A stretch of DNA of 64,000 bases. Origin: Eledone cirrhosa. Taxonomy: Eukaryota. Positions 53,370-64,000 of the stretch are shown here, in pieces. The translations under genes and the position numbers were made by a program. The stretch covers positions 174,716,001-174,780,000 of the forward strand of contig OZ024740.1 of assembly GCA_964016885.1 (NCBI GenBank), written 5' to 3'. Every line of letters begins with the position of its first letter. Within the stretch, counting starts at the first letter, position 1. The notes below the pieces were generated by a model. It had not been told where the DNA came from, ran no database searches, and saw only the letters and a list, made by a program, of their open reading frames with translations.

Positions 53370-54369
53370 TGATTTTTTTCAATATGATGATTTTTTTCAA
53401 TATAAGGAACCTGTTCTTTGTTTTTATTAATTTATCTTGACTCTGTTTCCCTATGATTTTTGTCGTTAAATTTTGAATGCATTTTCTATTTTCATGATAT
53501 CTTCTATATTTGGATTACATTGAGTTCTTCATACGGATTGGACACTACCGTTTATTTTGGTAGATTTATCTACATATATATATATATAGATATAGATATA
53601 TATTTATATATAATATATACTTACACATATGTATATGTATATTTACTGTATTTCTTGGTGTATAATGCAATAGGACACCAGAGTACAGCTATCACGATGT
53701 ATTTTTCTTTTTTTTTCTTTTTTCTTTTTTGTAACATTCTACTGTTATTCATCAAAATCTCAATCTTACCTATAAATTTCACTACAGTATTCAGTCTATC
53801 ATGGAGTTAAAGAATGTCAAACAAGCTCGTGTGTGTGTATCTGTGAGTAACCTTATACATCTGGAATTCTGGGAAAGAAAATACATTTATTGGGACTTCT
53901 GTAAAATCCAACAGTAAGCTGGACTATAAAAATAAAATTTAACATTTGATTCTTTAATGCTATTTGCTGTCTAAACTTAATTAAGCATGTGTTCCAGTTA
54001 CTGGCCAATTACATAATTGGATAGTGTGGAGGTCCAGAAAATAGGAAAATAGGACAGAAATCTGTTGTCAAATCGGACCAAATAAGTTATGTTTTCCTTG
54101 ATTATTCCATATGCTGGTCAAAACTGCATGAAGGGAGCAGGATCTGAACTCAGAAAACACAAACCTTGTCGGACTCTTTACCAACTCCATCAACCCACCT
54201 TCTTCTCTTGGACAGGTACATTATTTATCTACCCCGAAAGAATCAAAGGCAAAATTGACTTCGACGGGATTTCTTCTCAGAGCACAGATAGCCAGAACAA
54301 ATACCGAGTCATTTAATCCGACGCTCCAACGAATATGCCAATTCGCTGCCTATGAGAATAGTAAATGAA

Positions 54370-54400
<31 letters not shown>

Positions 54401-54930
54401 AAGATAAATATACATACTTCAAATTTGTCCATTCGATTTTCAGTATGACACTTCTTAGACTTCAATTATATTTTGTCATTGATGTTTGTTCATCCTTTCC
54501 AGTGTGTGACCCTTTCACGGACTCCAGTTATGTTCTGGTTATTGATGTTTCTTCAAAGCAGACAAAATCAATAATTGCGGATAATTATGCAATGCATACC
54601 AAAAATTTGAAAAAAGCTATGTTCTCCTAAAATTTTAGGTATAACCAATCTCCCAATCTATCAATCTGCCAATTATTGTATCAATCACTTCATCAGCCAT
54701 ATAAATCCAAACGTTTGATTCCGCGACAGCGTTCTTTGATTCTTTCTAAGCACATACAGATATGGTTGTGTGTTTAAGGATTTCACTTCGCAACCACGGA
54801 TTTCAGGTTGAACATCTTGAGCAGGTGTATACTACTATAACCTCGGGTTTGTCAATGCCTTGTGAGTGAAGTTTTTTAGACGAAAATTGATTGGAAACGT
54901 GTTGTATATATCTATATCTATCTATGCATG

Positions 54931-54980
<50 letters not shown>

Positions 54981-55184
54981 TCTCTCTGTGTGCGCGCGTG
55001 TGTACGTGTGTGTGTGATCAACTAAATGCCTTCAAGAGGATGCTTCAGCATGACCTCAGTAAAAGAGTAAAAGAGTATTATCTCACCCAAATTTCATAAC
55101 AGATAAGTTTTCAGCCAATTCTAACACAGACTAAAATCAAGTGTGGTTACTACACCGACTGATTACATTCTCATTATCACGCGA

Positions 55185-55845
55185 AGGGCGGCAGATTGGC
55201 AGTAGCGTCGGTAGAGCGTCGGACATCAAGCTTTGCAGCATAGAATTACACCCCTTTACGGTCTGAGTTCAAATCCCGCCGAGGTTAGCTTTGCCTTTCA
55301 TCCTTACGGGGTCGATAAAATAAAGTATTAGTATTGCACTGAGGTCGATTTGATCGACTTTCCCCTCCTCTAAAATTGTTGGCCTTGTGCCTAAATCAGA
55401 AACCATTATCACGAGATATTAAAATGCGTGAATTGACAGAATCCTTTTCAGTATTTGTCCGGCTCTTTGGATTCTGAGTTCCAATCTCGCCGAGGTCAAC
55501 TTTACCTTTTATTCTTCTGAGATTGATAAAATAAAACACTAGTCATGTATTGAGGTCGATATAGTTGATTTTACCTTCCCCTAAATTACTGTCATTATAC
55601 CTAAAATAGAAACCTATCATTATTATAAGAGTGGTGGGTTGGTTAGAGTGTTGGGCAAAATTATTTGCAGAATTGGTTCTGCGTCTTTACATTTTGAATT
55701 CAAATTCACTAAGATCATCTTTGCTTGTCATCCTTTCAGAGTCATTAAAGTAAAGTACCAGTCAAGTACTTGGGTCGATTTAATTGAATTTCCCTTCCCT
55801 TGAAAAAGTTCTGGCTTCATGCCTAAATTAGAAACCATTATCATC
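55185..55845 (+). mobile_element. Three tandem SINE family 1 copies of increasing divergence
   Basis: Each ends CCTAAAWYAGAAACC...ATT. Confidence 0.75.
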
Positions 55846-57371
55846 AATCATCTGCTGTAAACAGATCGAATTGCATAGATCACTCCAAAGCTGTCTATAG
55901 GTGTGTATACAGTGGGTATCAAAAGCCTTTCCTTTGAAGCTGGTAGGCTACAACAAGAATTGAACTCAAAATAAAAAAAAGCCGGAACAAATACCGCAAG
56001 TCCGATACTTTAATGATTACGATTGTTCATCGCGCTAGACTATTATTTTACTCATCGACCTCGAAAGGATGAAAGGCAATTTGATTTGAATGGGATGTGA
56101 ACGCCAAAAGCAGGAATAATTACTGCACGGCTCTTTCTCCGTCGCTCTAATGCTTCTGCTAGTTTGCCAATACAGTTTATAGAATTCCGAGATGAACCTT
56201 TAGGAAATCATTTCCCGGCTAACAATATTACATTTTCCAGAGACATTTTGAGCGGCTAATTGGCAGAAGTGTGACGTCGGATAAAGAGCCTTGCGATATT
56301 TATTCCGTTCAAATGCCACCGAGGTCAACTTTTTAGTTCATTATTCCGGGTGCGATAAAATAAAGAATAGTATACGAGCGAAGATGTTAGAACGCCTTAC
56401 GATATTTATTCCAGCTTTTTTGTGTTCAAATCCCACCGTAACCTATTTGGATGGTAGACCATTTTAGTCGCTCCTTACACCCCACTGAGATGCGATATAC
56501 CTATTCTAAACCCGATACACACAGCGTGGGTGGGGCTCGGTCGGAATACGTACTTATACAAATATCTACATCAGCTATCTGGACTGTAACATTTGCAGTA
56601 AAACATTTTTGCCAAGGACACCAGGAAGCGTCTTTGTATGGATACGGACAGTCCCGGACAGCTGCGACTCCCACAAATAAAAGCAAAATTAAAAAACATA
56701 ACATAAAATCAACAAAAAATAAATAAAATAGTACTCTATACTACTTTGAATTGTTAGCCCAGGACAGAGTCGACAATTCGTTAATGCTTGCAAAATAATC
56801 GATATTGCAAATCGATTGGTATAAATTGGTTATAAACCTCGCTTTCTGTCACCTGCTACTAAATCCCATCTAAACTATTTGTTATTTTAATGGTATACAC
56901 CAAAAGATAAATGTAGAACAACAACAACAACAGCAGCAGCAGCAGCAATGACAATAGTAACAACAACAACAATAATAACAACAGCTATGACAACACTGCT
57001 TTGATAAACATAAACAGGCAACATTTTCAATATGGCTGCAATATTAAGAAAGAAGAAAGAAAGATTAAGCAAATGAAAAGGAAAATATGATAATTGTTTC
57101 TACTTTTGGCACAAGGCCAGCAATTACCCAATGCATTACTGGTACTTTATTCTATCGACCCCGGGAATATTATAATGATCAATTGCTGATTTCACATATA
57201 AACAACGCACAGATATATAAATGTGTGCGTATGTGTGTGTGTACTATAACGGCATTCTTGCTATAACAAAAGAATAAAAGTAATTTTATAATATTCTCTA
57301 AAGAGGTAAATGTTATTCGAGTCACATTTCAATATATATATGCATGTATGTATGTATGCATATATATATAC

Positions 57372-57448
<77 letters not shown>

Positions 57449-57722
57449 TATATAATTATTATACTTTGGGAGGGTCATGTTGCCAATAAGAAACACACGC
57501 ACCAGTTGCTTTCACTTCAATTTATTATAATAAATTTATAAAGTATAATAATATCGGTTTCAACACACGTTTTCAGATAAAGAATCTTGCTAAACAAATT
57601 CAGAAACGAAATATATATATAATATAAAACTAAAAATCAGTGATGCATCTGGACTAAATTTATTGTGTGTTACAATTGTTTCGCCGGCAGACAGCTCGAG
57701 ACACGATCATTGTGTATATATA

Positions 57723-58600
57723 TTACTCTTTTACCTATTCCAGCCATCCAGCTGAGGCCATGCTGGGCACCGCCCTTATTGCTACATGTTCTATATCCAG
57801 TATATCCAGCCTGTGTTAGCTGGCCATTGGTGCAAGAGGGAGTTCGTTGTTGCTACCCTTAGGTTACCTTCGTACCGTGCTGTGGGCTTATCCGGGATCC
57901 TGGATAGCAGAGTGTCAAAATGTTTCTTGAAAGCATCCATGTCCACACCATGCAGATCTCTCAAATTTCTTGGCAGCTTGTTGAAGCGTTGAGGACCTTT
58001 GAACCCCAGGCTATTGCAATATCTGCTCCTTATTCTAGATGTGGAAGACCGGACCTTTTGGCACCACTCAGTGACGCCCTGTTCGGGGGTTGGCCTAGCT
58101 CTCAATGCCAAAGTTTGGTGCTAGTCCCTCCAGGATTTTCCATATGTATATCACTGCGTATCTCTCCCGTCTTCGATCCAAGGAGTAGAGTTTCAGTTCT
58201 TTTAGCCTCTACCAGTAGCTCATCTCTTTCATCGTGGCAATCCACTTGGTGTAGCTTCGTTGGATTGCCTCAAGCTCCGTGGTTAGTTTTATACGATGGG
58301 ATGATTACAGTTGGGAGCAGCAGTTCAGTCGGCTTAGAACAAATGTTCTCCATAGTATCAACATGATCTCTCGGTCTCTTGTCCGGAAAGTCCTCTAGCC
58401 AGCGAGTCGTCTGCCATTGTCGCCACCCTCATGATATGTGAAGAAAAAGATGCTTCGTCGCTCATGTCTATCCTCAGGTCTCGTATCGATTTCGACACGG
58501 GGATTTCGATCGCTCCTGGTCCGGTGTAGCTGTATTGTATTGTCTTTGTGTTAGCAGGTTGGTATGGTAGAGCTTGAAATTTTCCAGCATTAGACTGCAT
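57723..58600 (-). mobile_element. CR1-group LINE 3' fragment
   Basis: IRDLRIDMSDEASFSSHI, GPQRFNKLPRNLR, FKKHFDTLLSRIPDKP; tail GTAAAAGAGTAA. Confidence 0.75.
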
Positions 58601-59514
58601 ATATATATATATATATATATATATTGTATATATATATTCTGAGTTTCAGAAGATCCCGTTAAGGGTGAAAGCAGCGATTCTTTGCTTAAACTTAACTTTA
58701 ATCTGTTATTTTAATATATATATATATATATATATACAGACATACATATATATGTGTATATGTATGTTTTATCTACCATTGTTTATTAAATACAGCAATG
58801 TATAAGTTAGTCCAATAATCAAGTGTTTTCATTATATCTGAATTAGAACACCCAAGTAAAAATCTACTTTATTGGTTTATTTTATTTATCAACCTGGTAC
58901 TTAGCATCCATCTATTAAAACATCTCGTGAAGATTTATTACACCTACTGCAGGACACTTACCACAATAATGATCTTCTTCTTCTTCTTCTTCTTCTTCCA
59001 CCTCCTCCACCTCCTCTTACCTCTTCTTCTATCTCTTCCTATCCATCTCCTTCTTCATCTACCCCTCCTAATATACCCCCTCTTCTTTCATCCCTCCCAT
59101 TCTACCCCTTCCTCTTATTCCTTTTCTTTGCTCTGCTTCTTCATCCACTTACCCCCCACCCCCACCCCCACCCCCACCCTCAAATGTTATTTGTAAATAG
59201 TGTCCTACAACACTCCTCCCACTATCTGTATTTAGTCTAAAGAGGCAATCTAGAATATATATTTATATGGTATGTCTATTCTTATATCTACCCTGTTTAT
59301 ATACTACCAATAAAGATTTTAACTTCATTGTTTCCGAAGAAGATAGTATGATCGAACCTATATATGATGTCTGATAGTATACAGTTATATAACTGGTATA
59401 GATCAGTCAATATGTCAATATGATCAACCCTCCGAAACGATTGTAAAACAATGAAATCAATAGGTAAAATAACTTGACTTTGCTATTGTTTTCATTGTTA
59501 AAATAATATCTAAC

Positions 59515-59596
<82 letters not shown>

Positions 59597-61173
59597 TGGA
59601 TATGGTGAACGAGTTTATTTGCTGAAACAATTGTAAGAAATAAAAAGAAACAATTGCATCGTTGCTGTTTTTGTATTGCTAATATATATAGTGCTTGACT
59701 ATTATTATGATCATTTCCGTTAGGACGCACACATTTCAAATCTCAAAATTTCCCCAATGCTTCCTTAGACAACCGCTTTGTTTATATATATATATATATA
59801 CATGAAAAATTCCGGACCCCGACGGCTAAGCTCCGGCCATTTCAACAGCTAGAATGTGTATATATATATATATATATATATTTACATATATATAATGTGT
59901 GTGTGTGTGTGTGCATGTATGTATGCATATATGTATATATGTATATATAGAGAATTGGAAAGGTCGATGATGTGAACTCTAGTTTAATATTCTCTAGCCG
60001 CCCTCCACCAATTGACGTCACAAGCAATGATAATTATATTTCAAATTTGGTTTCTATTATCTCCATTTTCGCATGTTATCATCGCCAACTAACACACACA
60101 CACATATTTCGCCCACACTCCTTTGACTTTTTTCCATCTCATAAACTCTGAGATTTGAACTGTACTTTTAACAAAACACAACACCGCCCGTGATTTTCAT
60201 ATAATTTTGAATGTTCAATGGTTTGAAAGAATTTATTAATATAACTAGTTGTTTTTTTTATTAAGTTGTTTTTTTAACACAATTTAAACAAAGTTGCCTA
60301 CATAAATTTATAGTGAAAGTGTTTTTAGATAAATATACAGTCTTTAAAACTGATTTGTATGGAACAATGTTTCAGCTGGGTTGGTATCAAAAGAATAAAA
60401 CAATAACATAGAAAGTAATGAAAAGTCATTATTTAGAATTCATAACACAATTAATGATAAGGTAAAGCTGAGAGTTCCAAAAATGGACGGTAAGCAAAAT
60501 TCCACACTCACTATTAAGCATTTATCAGATATACCTCGCAGTCATGATGGCAAAAGCTTTGCCACGAAGAACAACCTACGATATTCGCTATATTATCTTA
60601 CGAGGCTACTCCTCAAATGCGATGCCCTCATCCAAATTAGACAGAAGGAAACTAGAGTAAAGTCTATGAGAATAACTGAAAACTATTGCATGCAATAACT
60701 ACTACAACTGACTAACAAACTATCCTCTTGCATTAACTGCCGATGTTGTATTTTAACTTTAATTTTGCTTTGATTCTGTTTTAGTATGATTTTAATTTTT
60801 GAATTTAAATTGCCATGCAAAAATATTGTAATGGATGTCACCCCACTGTGCATCAATATATACATATGTATCTGTATGTCTCTTGTGTTGGAAAGGAGGT
60901 CATGAATGCATACAAACATTAAGTAATGCGCCGAAGACACCAAACCTCGGTTTGGATGAGTCAATTGTAAGCTAATAAATGGTTTGAACAGAACTTTGAT
61001 TCATGTGAATTCTATATAACTGCTCTGTAGAACAACTGATGTTATTACATTGAGCTATTTATCTTACTGGTAATAAGGTAGTAATAAATTACTGTCTTTC
61101 ACTGTTTAGGGTTTAAAATATATATAACTATAAAAAGTTTTAGTATATACATAACCATAAATAGTATTCTTAA

Positions 61174-61219
<46 letters not shown>

Positions 61220-61567
61220 TAGTCGCTTACCCGTCATATGGCGGATGATAATGTTGGCGATGTTAAATAGGTACACTAATTATAATTTTATTTCTTTCAT
61301 AATTCATCGGGTTAATGAAATATAGACCTAATTCTCAAAATAAATAATTATTAAATTAAAATAAAACTAGATTCAATAAATTTCTCATTTGAATGTTTGC
61401 CATTAATTATCTGTTATCAATAACAATAATACTGTTTAACTATCAATTAATTTAGAAGAAATAAATTAATTAATTACACAGAAGGAAGCAACGCATTTTT
61501 AAGGTGACCAAGCAACCAAACTTTACGTTTGATATACTGTCGTTCTCTCTCTCTCTCTCTTTAACCA

Positions 61568-61620
<53 letters not shown>

Positions 61621-61752
61621 GTACATCTTTAATAAACGAAGCCAAATCTTAAATAGTTGACTTAATCTTTATTTTATATATATATATATATATATTTCGT
61701 TTCTGAATTTGTTTAGCAAGATTCTTTATCTGAAAACCTGTGTTGAAACCGA

Positions 61753-62292
61753 TATTGTTATACTTTGGGAGGGTCATGTTGTCAATAAGAAAGACACGCA
61801 CTAGTAACTTTCACTCCAATTTATTATAAATTAAATTTATAAATTTAAGAATTTATAAATTTCCGGTTGGTTGGTTTCATAACCGGACGGTTGTTCATAT
61901 ATTGTCAAAGTTCTTTCGTCACACATTCTGTGACCTTTTCAGTGACTGGGGATTATTTTCTTTGTTTTGTGCCTCTCCTTTGTTCTGTCCTACGCCATCT
62001 TGTTTTTGTGTGTGTTTTTGTGTGAACAGACACAAAAACAAGATGGCGTAGGACAAAACAAAGGAGAGGCACAAAAACAAAGAAAAGAATCCCCAGTCAC
62101 TGAAGAGGTCACAGAATGTGTGACGAAAGAACTTTGACAATATATAAACAATCATCTGGTTGTGGAACCAACCAACCAACCGGAAATTTATAAATTCCTA
62201 AATTTATGAATTTATTATAATAAATTGAAGTGAAAGCAACTGGCGCGTGTGTTTCTTATTGGCAACATGACCCTCCCAAAGTATAACAATAT
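61753..62292. repeat. ~540-bp fold-back palindrome
   Basis: TATTGTTATACTTTGGGAGGGTCATG...CATGACCCTCCCAAAGTATAACAATA; arm ends recur at ~37228-37255 and ~57460-57540. Confidence 0.95.
62096..62138 (+). ncRNA. Type I hammerhead ribozyme motif, slightly variant
   Basis: GTCA-CTGAAGA-G-GTCAC...GTGAC-GAAA-GAAC-TT-TGAC; twin on - strand at 61904-61946 has CTGAAAA. Confidence 0.65.
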
Positions 62293-62360
62293 ATATATAT
62301 ATATGAAAAATATGGGGAGAAGAATACTGCATGGTTGCACATGGATAACATGTTATAAAA

Positions 62361-62410
<50 letters not shown>

Positions 62411-62459
62411 AAGTAATTAAGTCAAATATTTAAGATTTGGCTTCGTTTATTAAAGATGT

Positions 62460-62514
62460 ACTGCTATATATATTTCGGTGACAGCCGTCATTTGCTGTGA
62501 CCTCTTCAGGCAGT
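62460..62514 (-). ncRNA. Type I hammerhead ribozyme motif
   Basis: ACTGC-CTGAAGA-GGTCACAGC...GCTGTCACC-GAAA-TATATA-TA-GCAGT. Confidence 0.85.
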
Positions 62515-63471
62515 TCGAATTGGTGTGGTAGAGACAGGTATACATGTTGTTAAAGTCTTTTACTCCGTCAATACTCCGATATGTCCAGCTCCTGGTTGGG
62601 TTGTTATTTCTCTGAGGAACTGGAATCATATGAATTCGAACAAATGAATTTCGGCATCATAGGACACTCTCTCCTCCCATTGGTCAGTTGTGAGAACATT
62701 CATCAGTCAAAAATCTATAGAATTTTTTTTGAGGCAAGACAATCTGTTGTGGTTGTTTTTGTACAGCTGACCTCCTCCCTTGTGTTTATTGGTGTTAGGG
62801 AGTCAGCTGGCAGGTCAGCCTTAGTTCTACTGCTGCTGTCTTTAGAAGAATGAGTGTGTGTGGGTTGGCATCAATCCTACCACCCCTTCACGTGGTGGGA
62901 GGGGGGGGCAAACAGATAATGGAATCAGATAGGGTAAAATGAAGAAATAAAATATAAAAAAATAAGATAAAATAAATAATAAAATAATAAGATACGATAT
63001 AATAAAATGAAGAAGTAAAAAAATAAATAAATAAATGAATAAAATAGAATAAAATGCGTGTTTGTTATAGCCAATATCAAATATCAAAGAAGAATAAAGT
63101 GCGTGTGTGTTATAGCCAATATTAAAGTTTGAAAGATTTGGAAAATATTGACTGAAGTATAAAGGCTATGTGTCAGAATTGGGAAATGCAAAGGATTACG
63201 ATCTTTACACTATCATGGGGTGGTGCGTTTAAGAGCAAATGAGGCAAGAGTGGAGTGTAAAACACCATAACCTGAATGTCAAAATCCGGAAATGCAGAGG
63301 ACTACAGTTTTTAATTCGGTATAGAGTACATATGCGTGTATGTCAACCCACATCGTTGCAATCCCACACGCACCAACACGGGCCCAGGTGCATCCCATAT
63401 TCCCACACACCCACAGATTATACAAACACACACACACCCACATATATATATGTATATATATACTCGCACAC

Positions 63472-63536
<65 letters not shown>

Positions 63537-63694
63537 ATGTAAGTATCAGTGCATGTACAATCTTAAATAACAGGATCTATGTATGGACATATGCATAAGT
63601 CTGTGCTGCCATAGGAGTCGATCGAGGCAAGGGTAGGGATGGTGAAAGTGTAGGGGGTGGTTTACCGTGCGCTCGGTGTTGCGGGGCTACTGTT

Positions 63695-63995
63695 CCTATA
63701 GCTTGAGGGAAGTTCCCTTCCCCAATGCGTTGTTGTTGCCCATATAGCTAGAGGAAGGTCCCGGCCCTGGGGTGTCTACATGTCCCGGGGAAGTCCCTAT
63801 AGCTTGAGGGAAGTTCCCATCCCAAAGTGTTGTTATTGTTCATATAGCTTGAGGAAGGTCCGGGCCTGGGATGTCTGCATGTCCCGGAGAAGTCCCTATA
63901 GCTTGAAGGAAGTTCCCTCCCAGTGTGTTGTTATTGTCCATATAGCTCGAGGAAGGTCCCGGCCCTGAGGTGTCTACATGTCCCGAAGAAGTCAG
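63695..63995. repeat. GC-rich ~100-bp tandem repeat, 3 units, each with two related sub-repeats
   Basis: CCTATAGCTTGARGGAAGTTCCC at 63695, 63796, 63895; internal ATATAGCTNGAGGAAGGTCC. Confidence 0.9.
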
Positions 63996-64000
63996 TCCTG

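Noticed and set aside
62515-62850. GIY-YIG endonuclease C-terminus upstream of the 62460 ribozyme
   Set aside because: Only vague resemblance (VLTTDQWEER...AEIH) with stops; needs a profile search

Overview
Repeat-dense, AT-rich eukaryotic DNA with no confidently identifiable host gene. The SINE families and dense (TA)n/(CA)n/(GA)n/(ATT)n microsatellites resemble an octopus/cephalopod genome (inference, not tested). The first half holds five same-strand Tx1/L1-clade non-LTR retrotransposons (4045-31240) from at least two subfamilies; three abut head-to-tail through (ATT)n tails and one has an intact 1139-aa APE-RT-zinc-finger ORF2. The rest has R4/Dong-like, CRE-like and CR1-like LINE fragments, many tRNA-derived SINEs, a TA-flanked MITE and satellites. 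Main unexplained signal: several unrelated short non-coding elements, mostly fold-back palindromes in or beside (TA)n/(ATT)n tracts, carry type I hammerhead ribozyme motifs (stem I-CUGANGA-stem II-GAAA-usually palindromic stem III-UH-stem I). About eight look core-intact and several more are decayed, the architecture known from Penelope-like elements. The Tx1 copies also share positionally conserved splice-like signals, a covarying 3'UTR stem-loop pair and a 3' end resembling the dominant SINE's tail. All alignments and folds were done by eye.
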